64,000 nucleotides of DNA, from positions 24,860-88,859 of the forward strand of contig NTJQ01000004.1 of the NCBI GenBank assembly GCA_002457555.1. The letters are read 5' to 3'. The translations under genes were made by a program, and so were the position numbers. The notes below the pieces were generated by a model. That model did no database searches. It saw only the letters and a program-made list of their open reading frames with translations, and was not told the DNA's origin. Positions 18,540 through 28,531 of the stretch are shown piece by piece (the first letter of the stretch is position 1; every line of letters starts with the position of its first letter). Source of the DNA: Marine Group II euryarchaeote MED-G37. GTDB lineage: Archaea > Thermoplasmatota > Poseidoniia > Poseidoniales > Thalassarchaeaceae.

Positions 18540-21500
18540 GTGAGCGATGAGAAGGACGACAGCGTGATTCGCGAACGTCGATTCAAAATCGGTGCAAACA
18601 TCGACATTGGAGACCTAGGTTTAGGAGAAGATTCCGACGAAGTACCCGATTCCAATTCTCCCACTTTCGACGAAAACGAAACTGTAGAAGTGGATGAGGC
18701 TCTAGGAGATGTCTTTGACCCATTCAAAGAAGCCTCTGGAAAGGAAGCTGGTGCAATATCTTCTGACGGAACAGTGACCAGTGCTCCGGAAGATGACATT
18801 GTTACCTCGATGGCAAAAGATGGCGAGCGTCGTGTAAATTGGTCGCTTATGGTATCTATGATATTCGTCTTTAGTCTCTTAAGTGTAGTTGCGGGAACGG
18901 CTTTCCCCCCATTGATTTCACTGGTATTACTTCTCATTCTAGCAGTTACAGGATTCGCTTTAGGGGAACGATGGGTTCCGGATAAGAATCTGCATTTGCT
19001 TGGTGTTTCTTGGGTAATAATTTCAATGAAGGTGCTCTATGGTCTTGCAATCGAGCTAAATCGTTGGGAATTAGGTGAGTTCCTTCCAATTTCTGTGGAA
19101 ATTCTAGCGATTCTATTGTTATTGCTCGTTGCGCTTAACATATTTATTGCCTATCGGCATGATCACGATGCAATCGCTGCACAGGCAACTCTCGTTCTGT
19201 TAGCAATTGGTTCTACTGCTGGCTCGATTGGAGGGGAGGTAGGGGTCGCTGTGATGATTCTACTGGCTACTTTGCTACTCCATGGTCTTGCATTGCACAG
19301 AGAATCCGGAAATCTAGCAGCGCTAGGAGTTGCTGCTTCTAATCTGTGGATAGGTATGCATGCGATTACAGAAGGATTTACCGCTGGTTCATTGATTATT
19401 GAACCTCTGGATACACCATTAATCCTCTTCCTACTATTGATGCTTGTTTCTGGAATCAACGCTGGTATGGCAGCACGCTTTGCGCGCGAAGACAATTGGT
19501 TCTCACAGGGATTCAAGGCAGCCGGACTTGGCCGGCCCGGACTTTGGGGCGTATCTATTTCCTTAGGTATGGTTGGAGCATTAATGGCTGTTGCATCAAG
19601 TCGAGAAGATTCTGGATATGCATTGGGAATGGTTACCTTCCTGGCAGGGGCATTTGGGGGTTCATATCTCATAGTAAGGGGTGTTGAGCGGCTCAGAGTA
19701 GCAATCCCTCTAATGGCTGGTGCGGCATTATTTTCTCTATTACTGATCTTCGGAGATACAACTGAAGCGATATCTCTTTTCGATCGTTATGAAACATTCA
19801 CAATTTTTGCTGCTATTCTGACTGGATTCGTCATCTTACGGGACCAGAATCGTGTTACTGACCGTGTCCTATGGGTCGGTTCGGTTGGCGTTCTAGTACT
19901 CTTAGTCGTACTAATTCCTGCACAATCCGAGGCAAATGGAGGGGATGGTGGGTTGGTTCTCTTGGGGCTACTAACTGCGCTCCACATAGGTACTGCGATT
20001 CTTGCAATAATGCGGCGGGCACCTTCTTTGGCAGGTGCTACAGTACTGCTCCCTTGGACTTGGGTTTTGTTGCAGGAATTTGTAGTCGAATCATTCCGAA
20101 CCGTGATGATTGCTAATGGGTGGACCGACCCTGGGAATATCATTGACCTAGCGACTACTCCGTTCGCGGTCTACCTCATTATCTCGGTAGCATTGATGCT
20201 AATCGTCAATTTGCAATTAGGTCAAACTGGTGTTAATCTCGCCGCAGGATTCCTTGGGATTACCGAAGTATCAGCGTCCATTAGAGATTCAGGAGTATTG
20301 CAATTGTGGTCGATTGGATTGTGGTTACCTATGGTCACAATTGTAGTCATGGCCCATGCCGGTGGTTTTACTGCAATCACACTCTTGGCTGTGGTTTCAG
20401 TTGTATCATTATCTCATTTAGGTGCCGAATTTGGGGGAAAAAGACTCGGTGGCCCAATTGCTCTTTTGGGCATAATTGCAGTCAGTGCCGCTGTCCTAGG
20501 ATGGAGGCACGGATTAGACGAAGTGTGGATTATTCTCTTGCTTATCGCTACAGCCTCAATCCTCTATAGAGGAGACCCTGAGAACGAACCGATATTCACC
20601 AACGGAATGGCTCTAATGTCTCTTCCATTAATTATTGCAATTTCTACAAAAGATCCTAGTCGCATTCTAGATTCTACCGATTCTATTCCAAATATCGACT
20701 TATCATTGACTTCCGTTACTTGCACCGGTTTGGTGATGGTCTTCTATCTCCCGCGCGCGGAGAAGATGGAAAAATTGCTCAAACCAGCAGCAGCTGCTCT
20801 TTGGTTGCTAGTGATTACAATTGGACTATCGATACAATTGGAAAATCAAACCGCTACCATGGCTGGCATCGGTTTGTTTGCATTAAGCGCACTATGGCTT
20901 GTTGCACGAGGGGAGATTAGAGCCGAACTGAAAACACTAACCCAAAGAGAACAACTTTTGGCAATTGCAGGGCAGGACAACGTCAAAAAATTGAGTTTGG
21001 GGACTGGGCAATTAGATACCTACGATCCTAAGAGAATGGAATTACAACAAAAGCGCAAGAAGAGAAGAGAACTTACCACAACCGACGATGATTCTGAGTT
21101 ATACACAACCGATGTTTCACATCGGCCAACAATTGTTCTCCTAGTTCTCTTTTTGGTACTTGGTTCGGTTATCGTTTGGAGTCTGTTATTCTCCTCTTCA
21201 CCTTTCATTCTACTCAGCGCCGGAATCTTCGCAACCATATTGGTTGCAATCGCTAGATTACGAACCAAACAACTCGACCTCGATTTACCCACGGTAATGG
21301 GAATCGAGATGCCTATTGCATACGCAATTATTGGACTGATGGTTGCATTAATCTCAGGCCATTTAGGTCCTGGAGCTAGTAATAGGGAACTACTAGACTT
21401 AGCAGTGGTTACAATTCTGATTATGCAATTTGTGATTATTTCCTTATATCAGGGAGATAACCTACTAGATAGAATTCCTATTGCAATCGACTGGTTTGTT

Positions 21501-22298
21501 CTACCTCTAGTTCTTGGTAGGATAGCCGGAGCACTTCTTGTTGAATCCCTACCATTCCCATTCACCGTTGATCCGTTCGATGGAGACCTGATTGAATGGC
21601 AGATTCCTTGGCTGCTCCTTGAGGCATTGTTAATCCTCACAATCGTCATTGATTTGATGATTGATTCACGGAGGTCGAGTGTCGGACGAGATACTCATTT
21701 GAGTAGTTCAGGAAGAGGCCTACGTGCCTTGGGATACGTGATGATTTCTTGGGGTCCTGCTGGAATTATTGCGGTTGCTAATGCCATATATACAGGACGT
21801 AAACATAGACAAGTAGAGGCTGTAGGATTGGCAATTATTTGTCTACCGTTAGCACTATTCTCGATAGGCGCATTCATTCCACAGATTATCGAGTATCTAG
21901 ATTGGATTATCCTTGCTGGCGGATTTGTCATGCTTGGATTAGTGGCGGCATCTGTGCCGATGAGAAATGGTCATTGGACGATGATGGCAGCCATTGATAG
22001 TCACATTCTGATGTTCGCTGGACTAATTTTAGTCAATATGTGGATAATTTATCCAATCGCTTTATTTGCCATATCAACGACCTTATGGGTCGTTGGAATA
22101 TTCCATTTGCGGCGTGTTTTACGAATTTGGGGATTCGGGGACCTCATTCTAGGAATCGCTGCATCACTCCTGATGTTAGGTGCTGCTTCATCGATTAACG
22201 CAATCGGATTATTCCTATTACTAACAGTAGTCGGTGCCGAGCTCGCTCTAGTGACTTGGCTGGGGCAAAGACATCAAGAAGCATTGTTACAGGATTGA
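18540..22298 (+). CDS. Very large polytopic membrane protein of unknown function (about 30 hydrophobic helices)
   Basis: 1252 aa from a GTG start. An acidic soluble N-terminus of about 95 aa is followed by almost uninterrupted hydrophobic helices. One short charged loop (KRMELQQKRKKRRELTTTDDD) occurs. No recognisable catalytic or transport signature. Confidence 0.75.
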   Translation: MSDEKDDSVIRERRFKIGANIDIGDLGLGEDSDEVPDSNSPTFDENETVEVDEALGDVFDPFKEASGKEAGAISSDGTVTSAPEDDIVTSMAKDGERRVNWSLMVSMIFVFSLLSVVAGTAFPPLISLVLLLILAVTGFALGERWVPDKNLHLLGVSWVIISMKVLYGLAIELNRWELGEFLPISVEILAILLLLLVALNIFIAYRHDHDAIAAQATLVLLAIGSTAGSIGGEVGVAVMILLATLLLHGLALHRESGNLAALGVAASNLWIGMHAITEGFTAGSLIIEPLDTPLILFLLLMLVSGINAGMAARFAREDNWFSQGFKAAGLGRPGLWGVSISLGMVGALMAVASSREDSGYALGMVTFLAGAFGGSYLIVRGVERLRVAIPLMAGAALFSLLLIFGDTTEAISLFDRYETFTIFAAILTGFVILRDQNRVTDRVLWVGSVGVLVLLVVLIPAQSEANGGDGGLVLLGLLTALHIGTAILAIMRRAPSLAGATVLLPWTWVLLQEFVVESFRTVMIANGWTDPGNIIDLATTPFAVYLIISVALMLIVNLQLGQTGVNLAAGFLGITEVSASIRDSGVLQLWSIGLWLPMVTIVVMAHAGGFTAITLLAVVSVVSLSHLGAEFGGKRLGGPIALLGIIAVSAAVLGWRHGLDEVWIILLLIATASILYRGDPENEPIFTNGMALMSLPLIIAISTKDPSRILDSTDSIPNIDLSLTSVTCTGLVMVFYLPRAEKMEKLLKPAAAALWLLVITIGLSIQLENQTATMAGIGLFALSALWLVARGEIRAELKTLTQREQLLAIAGQDNVKKLSLGTGQLDTYDPKRMELQQKRKKRRELTTTDDDSELYTTDVSHRPTIVLLVLFLVLGSVIVWSLLFSSSPFILLSAGIFATILVAIARLRTKQLDLDLPTVMGIEMPIAYAIIGLMVALISGHLGPGASNRELLDLAVVTILIMQFVIISLYQGDNLLDRIPIAIDWFVLPLVLGRIAGALLVESLPFPFTVDPFDGDLIEWQIPWLLLEALLILTIVIDLMIDSRRSSVGRDTHLSSSGRGLRALGYVMISWGPAGIIAVANAIYTGRKHRQVEAVGLAIICLPLALFSIGAFIPQIIEYLDWIILAGGFVMLGLVAASVPMRNGHWTMMAAIDSHILMFAGLILVNMWIIYPIALFAISTTLWVVGIFHLRRVLRIWGFGDLILGIAASLLMLGAASSINAIGLFLLLTVVGAELALVTWLGQRHQEALLQD

Positions 22299-22358
22299 TT
22301 TATGATATCTATATCGCAACGGAATTAAGTTAATCACCTGAGATAGGTTGCTAAGTTT

Positions 22359-23411
22359 ATGGCGGGTCCGGTTGATATTCTAATCGAACGTTTACAAAAT
22401 CTAAATCCGATTGAATATTTCACCTTCGCTGTGAATGCATTGGTTTTCATATTTTCAAAACAAATCGCTAGAATGCACGGAGAAGATGACCATACAAAAA
22501 CAAGATTGCGACTACGAACTTTACATTCATTCAACCTAGTCGTTTTCTTAGCATTTATCGTCTCAATAATTCTATTGAGTAGTTCGTATCCTGATGAGCA
22601 GATTAGTCAGTCATCTCTCTGCTTACTGATTGCCTATGTAGTATACAACATCGCAGATGGTCTCATTCTGAAGAGATATGGAGAGGTGATTTCAGTTATG
22701 GGTTCGGCAAGAACAGTTGAAACCGCCACTTCTAGAACCCTAGAATTGATTGTTCTTGGAATTATTCTGATTACTTCTGGAATTACTCTAATCAATATAT
22801 GGGCAATTACAGGTATCCTTGAAACTACAGGGGCAATAGGATTCCTAGCGCTACTAATTTTCACGACTAAGGATTATTGGTTGAATGACTTCTTGAGTGG
22901 GATTTTGATAATTAGCGGAAATAGTGCTAAGCGTGGTGATGTGATTTCTATTCCTGACCTGAATGTCCTAGGCATAATTATGGAAATCGGTGGGCTTCAA
23001 ACTCGAGTTCGTGATTTGGCTCAAGGCCACGATATAGAAATCCCAAACAATGCGATGCTTAACCACCGTACTGATTTCTACAAAGATAACCCTGGTGGAC
23101 CACACAAAGAATTTGTAGAATTTAACATAGGATACGGTGTTGAGACAAAAGTGGTGAATAATTATTTGAATCTGGCTTACCAAGAAGCGAAGAAAAATTG
23201 TACAGGTCTGGATGAAGATCGTTCACCGATTATTTCTCTGAAAGAAAATGCAAACAACGCCGTTAGATGGAGGATGACATATTTTGTCTCCTCCCCTAGA
23301 CAATTACTCAAGATTAGAGATGAAATCAACCTAGCAGCGTATAATTTGCAGAGTGAATTTGGTATCGACCTAAGTACGCCAACATTGGAAAAGTCAGTAG
23401 CAGATAATTGA
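22359..23411 (+). CDS. Mechanosensitive ion channel (MscS family)
   Basis: 350 aa. N-terminal TM helices, then the MscS beta-domain pattern KRGDVISIPDLNVLGIIMEIGGLQTRVRDLAQGHDIEIPNNAML. Confidence 0.72.
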   Translation: MAGPVDILIERLQNLNPIEYFTFAVNALVFIFSKQIARMHGEDDHTKTRLRLRTLHSFNLVVFLAFIVSIILLSSSYPDEQISQSSLCLLIAYVVYNIADGLILKRYGEVISVMGSARTVETATSRTLELIVLGIILITSGITLINIWAITGILETTGAIGFLALLIFTTKDYWLNDFLSGILIISGNSAKRGDVISIPDLNVLGIIMEIGGLQTRVRDLAQGHDIEIPNNAMLNHRTDFYKDNPGGPHKEFVEFNIGYGVETKVVNNYLNLAYQEAKKNCTGLDEDRSPIISLKENANNAVRWRMTYFVSSPRQLLKIRDEINLAAYNLQSEFGIDLSTPTLEKSVADN

Positions 23412-23450
23412 CAATTGGCGATTCGACATTGATTTCTAATCGTGGATTAG

Positions 23451-24461
23451 TTGAGTTGGACAGTACTAACCTTGATGACTGACGGGGTGCGGTCAGATAT
23501 CGTGTCCCGTAGTTGGATATCAGATACTCCCGACGAGGTCGAGCACCCTACTGTGCCGCTAGGCATCAATCAAATGGCGATTCCAAGAGCCGCTATTTTG
23601 CTCTCGTTGGCCACCGCTGCACTACTAATTGGTTCGACGGTAGTGGTTGGCTACAGCGTTTACGTCTTCGTTAAAGAAAATGAGGATGCGTTCTCCGTAA
23701 CAGATCAAGACTTGCTGAAGGACGAAAACAATCGATGGTTCTGGGAAGTAGACTTGTTATTCGACACCTGTGATTCAAGATTAGGTGATTGGGATTGGCC
23801 GGACGTTCTATCTGAACAAGACGATGTATTCCTCTACCCTGGTGAATTGCGCTGTGACTGGGAACATCAAGGAGATGGCGATAGGGCAAGCGTGGCGGTA
23901 TACAATAGAGGCGACCAAACCCTAGATATTGTCCTCGAAATAACCGGTGGAGAGGTTGTATTTGCCTCGGAAGGCGATACTGTCCTTACAGTGAATGAAA
24001 TAGGGGTAAATGAAACTGCAATTGTAGAAATTCAATTGAATAATGGAGTAACAGAGCACGATATTCAGATTCAGGCATCACACCTGAATGTTCGAGAAGC
24101 GGAGGTTTTACTCGATGTCCATATCTTTGAAGGCTCTAATCCCAGGGATTTGCATGTAAGTGACGGAGATACACTCGAAGTTGAATACACAGTATGGAAT
24201 GCAGATAGTGGAGAAGAAATAGACAGTGGAGATTGGGGAGATACAGCCGGTGATGGGTGTAATTGGTCAATTATCGGTTTTTGTTGGTCAATGGTTGGTC
24301 TAGACATAGACGGAGACAGAGGATTGATTCCTGGGATCGACACAGGTACGACTCATACCACATTATTACCGCCAGAAATCGCTTATGGGAACAGTGACGA
24401 CCCTCAGATGTCAGATATGTGGTTACGTTTTGAAATAAAGGTCGTCAGAGTGACAATTTGA
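23451..24461 (+). CDS. Membrane-anchored protein with C-terminal FKBP-type peptidyl-prolyl isomerase-like domain
   Basis: 336 aa from a TTG start, with an in-frame ATG at 23475. One TM helix (AAILLSLATAALLIGSTVVVGYSVYVF). The C-terminus GDTLEVEYTVWNADSGEEIDSG...IPGI...LLPPEIAYG...LRFEIKVVRV parallels the FKBP motifs GDxVxVxY.G...G..FDS / IPG / IPPxLAYG. Confidence 0.55.
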   Translation: MSWTVLTLMTDGVRSDIVSRSWISDTPDEVEHPTVPLGINQMAIPRAAILLSLATAALLIGSTVVVGYSVYVFVKENEDAFSVTDQDLLKDENNRWFWEVDLLFDTCDSRLGDWDWPDVLSEQDDVFLYPGELRCDWEHQGDGDRASVAVYNRGDQTLDIVLEITGGEVVFASEGDTVLTVNEIGVNETAIVEIQLNNGVTEHDIQIQASHLNVREAEVLLDVHIFEGSNPRDLHVSDGDTLEVEYTVWNADSGEEIDSGDWGDTAGDGCNWSIIGFCWSMVGLDIDGDRGLIPGIDTGTTHTTLLPPEIAYGNSDDPQMSDMWLRFEIKVVRVTI

Positions 24462-24510
24462 GAACCTCTAGACGCGAAAAGGACTTGAGTTCGACAAAGG
24501 AGCGGAGTGC

Positions 24511-25815
24511 ATGAACGAGGAGCCAAGCCACTACGCTCTGAACCCCTCACCTGACCTTGTAAAGAGGGCTTCCAAGGTTGCCAAGGCTGAATCTGCACGC
24601 AAGGGTGAACCTAAATTTCACATTACCGAAGAGATGCGGAGATTGTCCACTCCTTGGTCTGTTTCTCAAGTCAGAGCTGAGCAAATTCAAGCTATCGATC
24701 TACCAGCCGGAGTAATCCTAGATGCAGCGGCTGGAAGTGGGGTACAACTTATCGCACTGACCACTGGTCTGAAGCGTCCTGGATTAGCCATAGAATTAGA
24801 TCCGAATATAGGATTACTATGTGCTGCAAACATGCAAATTACTGGAGATGAGGACGATCTGCAGAGAACGATGGATCGCGTTCTGATAGGGGATGGTACT
24901 GATGCCGAGAATGCAATCGTCGCCTATTGGAATAGCCTCAGGGAGGCAGGAACTAGGGCACATCCACCGATTGGTATGTTACATCTTGACCCGGCTCGGC
25001 CAAGGGATGCTCAAAGACATGAAATTGATGAGATGGAACCAGCGCTTGGCCCGTTGCTCAAGGCATGGGCTAATCATCTTGAAACTGGACCACGAGGTCC
25101 GGCGATTTTACTGGATTTATCCCCTAGGCTAAACGAGGGCCAGCGTTCACTTGTCGATGCGGTTATCGAAACGACTTTCCCAGGAATCCGAAGGACTTGG
25201 GAATACCTCAGCCAAGGCGGAGGCAGAATTGACCGGCTATCGGTTTGGATTGGTTCTCTTTCCTCGAAAGAACCCTCTCGATGTGTTAGAATGGGTAAGA
25301 AGAAAATCATGGCTACGATAGAGGGCAAGGTGGCCGAATCTGAATTGGTTAGCATAAGCTCACCTCCACCATTTGGTGCACACCTAACTATTGTCGACCC
25401 TGCACTTGTTCAATCCGGACTGCACGAGGCTTGGCTCGATAGAGCGCTTCCGGAAAATGCAGGGCATTCTTGGCTTAGGCTGGAAGGCAGAAGGCCGCTC
25501 CTAATCAGCACAGATCCACTAACCAGGGATGATGAAATCGATGCCTTCGTAATTGCAAGCGGAGAAATTGTTCAGCACAGACTAACTCCTCCAGAACCTC
25601 ACACAATTGAACAGACTGCTGCTTCCGCTGCTCGTAATGGGGTTGGAAAGGTGACTCTTCGATGTAGCCTAGACCCTGACGAGCATCCAACACTTCAACG
25701 GAGATTGCACAAGGCAATGAAGGAATTTGAAGGCACAAATGGATTCATGGTTGACCTAGATTTGGATAGAGGTAGTGGAAGTCACACCCTATACATCGTT
25801 TGTAAGGAGCAGTGA
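24511..25815 (+). CDS. Putative class I SAM-dependent methyltransferase
   Basis: 434 aa. Motif I VILDAAAGSGVQLIAL, an acidic motif II (AIELDPN) and a LHLDPARP post-motif similar to the DPxRR-type RNA methyltransferases. Substrate unknown. Confidence 0.5.
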   Translation: MNEEPSHYALNPSPDLVKRASKVAKAESARKGEPKFHITEEMRRLSTPWSVSQVRAEQIQAIDLPAGVILDAAAGSGVQLIALTTGLKRPGLAIELDPNIGLLCAANMQITGDEDDLQRTMDRVLIGDGTDAENAIVAYWNSLREAGTRAHPPIGMLHLDPARPRDAQRHEIDEMEPALGPLLKAWANHLETGPRGPAILLDLSPRLNEGQRSLVDAVIETTFPGIRRTWEYLSQGGGRIDRLSVWIGSLSSKEPSRCVRMGKKKIMATIEGKVAESELVSISSPPPFGAHLTIVDPALVQSGLHEAWLDRALPENAGHSWLRLEGRRPLLISTDPLTRDDEIDAFVIASGEIVQHRLTPPEPHTIEQTAASAARNGVGKVTLRCSLDPDEHPTLQRRLHKAMKEFEGTNGFMVDLDLDRGSGSHTLYIVCKEQ

Positions 25816-25890
25816 GTCGATTAGCACATTTAACGCCCCGTAGGAGCGGCCGTCTCCTTCAAATATGGAGGGTAGGTCGGCGGGATGCCC

Positions 25891-25896
25891 TATAAG
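25891..25896 (+). promoter_or_regulatory. TATA-like element upstream of the r-protein/RpoD operon
   Basis: CCCTATAAGGGCC lies about 40 nt upstream of the S13 ATG. This is a spacing argument only. Confidence 0.25.
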
Positions 25897-25934
25897 GGCC
25901 ATCGGGCAACCGATGAACACGGGGGAACCGTACT

Positions 25935-26402
25935 ATGGCAAAAGTGAATGAAGCAGAACTAGGAGAGGACTTCTCCTACATCCTGAGACTTGCTGACTCT
26001 GATATCGATGGTCTTCGACCGATTGCACAGGGACTTACTTCGATTAACGGAGTCGGACAGCGATCGGCCGGTCAGATTTGCCGCATGGCGAAAATCGATG
26101 GAAACAAACTCGGTGGTCATCTGACCGAAGAGGAACAAGACAGGATTCGAACAACAATTGACGAATACGCGTTGAACGTGCCTTGGTGGCTCGTCAACAG
26201 ACAACGAGATTTGCAGTCTAATGAGGATGCACACATCATCGGAACAGAAGTCCGATTGACTCGAAACGATGATGTAGCACGCTTGGCTTCAATCAAGACT
26301 TACCGGGGGATACGCCACCGCAGCGGACACAAGGTCCGCGGTCAGCGCCTTCGAAGCAATGGCCGCAGTGGTAGCACACTCGGTGTAGAGAGGAAGAAGT
26401 GA
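25935..26402 (+). CDS. rps13: 30S ribosomal protein S13 (uS13)
   Basis: 155 aa. ILRLADSDIDG, INGVGQRSA, YRGIRHRSGHKVRGQR and the position first in the archaeal S13-S4-S11-RpoD cluster. Confidence 0.95.
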   Translation: MAKVNEAELGEDFSYILRLADSDIDGLRPIAQGLTSINGVGQRSAGQICRMAKIDGNKLGGHLTEEEQDRIRTTIDEYALNVPWWLVNRQRDLQSNEDAHIIGTEVRLTRNDDVARLASIKTYRGIRHRSGHKVRGQRLRSNGRSGSTLGVERKK

Positions 26403-26413
26403 GGTGGTAAAGT

Positions 26414-27109
26414 ATGGGACATCCTAAGTTTGCACGACCTAAGACACAGACTCCCACTCATCCTTGGAAGGCTGCTAGAATTGAGGAAGAACACGCCCTA
26501 AAGGAACAATTCGGCTTGAAGAAGGTTGGTGGAATGCGTGAAATTTGGCGAGAAAAATCGGCACTAAGGCGACATCGAAACCAAGCGATGAAGCTCATCG
26601 GAAGGGTTGATTCATCAGAAGGCCACTTCGCTCAGGAAAAGACGGATTTGGTTGGTTCTCTAGTTCGTAAGGGGCTACTAGCCGAAGGATCTAGTATCGA
26701 TGATGTTCTACAAATTTCCGTTGAACACATGCTTTCTCGAAGACTCCAATCAGTGGTCTACTACCGCGGACTAGCGCCATCTATGCGCGCTGCTCGAAAT
26801 ATGATTGTCCATGGCCACATCGCAATTGGCGAACAGAGGATGACCGTTCCTGGATACAAGATTCTCCGACAAGAGGAAGAATTCCTTCAGTACAGTGCGA
26901 CATCACCTTACCTAAATGAGAATCACCCCTTCCGTGTCGAGATGGAGCAACTCCGAATGACTCGACAGACCGAGGAAGAGGAACTGGAAGAAGTCGGTGG
27001 CGTTAGAGCAACCACGGACAATGATGACTTTGTTCAAAAAATCAAGGCTGATGCTGAGGAAGCGCCCACAGTCGAGGAAACAATTCCAGAAGAGGGGGGC
27101 GATGAGTGA
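26414..27109 (+). CDS. rps4: 30S ribosomal protein S4 (uS4) with an acidic C-terminal extension of about 50 aa
   Basis: 231 aa. MGHPKFARPKTQTPTHPW, an S4 RNA-binding domain (RRLQSVVYYRGLAPSMRAARNMIVHGHI) and a GAGGTGGT SD motif upstream. The tail EEEELEEVGG...AEEAPTVEETIPEEGGDE goes beyond the usual archaeal S4 length. Confidence 0.93.
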   Translation: MGHPKFARPKTQTPTHPWKAARIEEEHALKEQFGLKKVGGMREIWREKSALRRHRNQAMKLIGRVDSSEGHFAQEKTDLVGSLVRKGLLAEGSSIDDVLQISVEHMLSRRLQSVVYYRGLAPSMRAARNMIVHGHIAIGEQRMTVPGYKILRQEEEFLQYSATSPYLNENHPFRVEMEQLRMTRQTEEEELEEVGGVRATTDNDDFVQKIKADAEEAPTVEETIPEEGGDE

Positions 27110-27489
27110 TGGGTCACAAGGCTGTTTTACACATTTTCAGCACATACAACAACGTGCTAATTACCGCAACTGATCTTACCGGAGCTGAGACTCTGGCGAA
27201 GGTTTCTGGTGGACAGGTTACCAAGAAGGGGAGCGATGCCGGTGGTCAGTTTGCAGCAACAAGAGCTGCTGAGAAAATTGCTGAAATGCTAGCTGAGAAG
27301 GAATTTGACCAAGTTATCGTCAAGTATCGAGGAGCTGGCGGAAACCGGTCGCACAGTGCGCCAGGTGCTACTGCAGCTATCCGTGCACTGACTCGCGCGG
27401 GTGTTCAAATCACTCGCATCGAAGATGTAACTCCAATCCCGACCAATGGGACAAAGGCAAAAGGCGGCCGAAGAGGCCGTAGGGTCTGA
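27106..27489 (+). CDS. rps11: 30S ribosomal protein S11 (uS11)
   Basis: 127 aa. AVLHIFSTYNNVLITATDLTGAE...DVTPIPTNGTKAKGGRRGRRV. Its start overlaps the S4 stop by 4 nt (ATGA). Confidence 0.95.
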   Translation: MMGHKAVLHIFSTYNNVLITATDLTGAETLAKVSGGQVTKKGSDAGGQFAATRAAEKIAEMLAEKEFDQVIVKYRGAGGNRSHSAPGATAAIRALTRAGVQITRIEDVTPIPTNGTKAKGGRRGRRV

Positions 27490-27496
27490 GGTGATT

Positions 27497-28489
27497 ATGA
27501 TGGTGAAAATAGATGTTCTAGATATGGGACCGGAGAATGCTAAACTCTTGCTCAAGGATTGCGATCGAGCATTTGCAAATGCACTACGCCGAACACTGAT
27601 GTCTGATACTCCAAAGATGGCTATCGAGACCGTTCGATTCCAAATGGGGTCCTTCGATCTGTGTTTGTCATGCGGTCACCTAAATCCTGCCGCTGCAGCC
27701 CGCGAATCGTCTGGAGGCACTGGTTGTAATCAGTGTGGAAAGAAGTTAGAAAAAGAGGGTGTTGATTACACCGTTTGGGAAACCAATGGAGCGCTACCTG
27801 ATGAGATGATAGCTCAACGCCTCGCAATGATTCCAATTCCTACCGACCACGAAATGTTCCATTACGAGGAAACCTGTCCAACCTGCAAAGATTTGATTCC
27901 GGAAGATCGTGGATGTCCAACTTGTAACATGATATACACTTGTAAGGCATTTGGAACAGAAGAAGGGATAGCGGTTACCGCTGGTGACATGATTTACCTA
28001 GGTGACCAGAGCCTTGAGATCCCCGAACACTACAGATCTATTCCGATTACTAAGTTGTACAAGGGACAAATGTTGGAGTTCTATGCTACTGCAGTAATGG
28101 GTCGTGGAAGTCAGCATGCAAAGTGGTCGCCTGTTTGTGGTGTCGCTTTCGCTCCACGTCAAGTTGGAATTTTGAATAACAAGACCAAGGCGAAGATTCT
28201 TTGGGATTTGAATCTCACAATCAATGCAAAGGATTTCGATAAAGATGGACGCCTTGACGACATTGAGAAAGTTGAGACTCTCAAGAAGGAACTACACCAT
28301 GTTGGTGATGGAACAGAGACTAAGGCTGAATTCAAGGAAGCAATCACAATCGAAGAGGTTCCTGGGGAATTCATCTTCAGCTTCGAAACCGATAGTTCCA
28401 TGAGTCCACAAACTGCACTCGAGATTGCTTCAACTTCTCTCTCGGAGAAATTCGATTCTCTTCTAGAGGACCTGAAAGCTGTCCTTTGA
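27497..28489 (+). CDS. rpoD: DNA-directed RNA polymerase subunit D (Rpo3) with extra Cys4 zinc-ribbon-like insertion
   Basis: The start is taken at ATGATG 27497, preceded by GAGGTGAT. The track start 27446 would overlap S11. FANALRRTLMSDTPKMAIETV...LPDEMIAQRLAMIPI is the RpoD/alpha-like dimerisation motif. Two Cys4 clusters are present: CLSCG-x19-CNQCG and CPTC-x9-CPTC. Confidence 0.88.
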   Translation: MMVKIDVLDMGPENAKLLLKDCDRAFANALRRTLMSDTPKMAIETVRFQMGSFDLCLSCGHLNPAAAARESSGGTGCNQCGKKLEKEGVDYTVWETNGALPDEMIAQRLAMIPIPTDHEMFHYEETCPTCKDLIPEDRGCPTCNMIYTCKAFGTEEGIAVTAGDMIYLGDQSLEIPEHYRSIPITKLYKGQMLEFYATAVMGRGSQHAKWSPVCGVAFAPRQVGILNNKTKAKILWDLNLTINAKDFDKDGRLDDIEKVETLKKELHHVGDGTETKAEFKEAITIEEVPGEFIFSFETDSSMSPQTALEIASTSLSEKFDSLLEDLKAVL

Positions 28490-28531
28490 TGACGGCGCAG
28501 TGTTCTTGCAGTGCCTCGGAGATGAGAGGGT

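Noticed and set aside
27446-27496. Track start 27446 for RpoD
   Set aside because: It lies inside S11. The ATGATG at 27497 is preceded by a GAGGTGAT Shine-Dalgarno motif and yields the conserved N-terminus.
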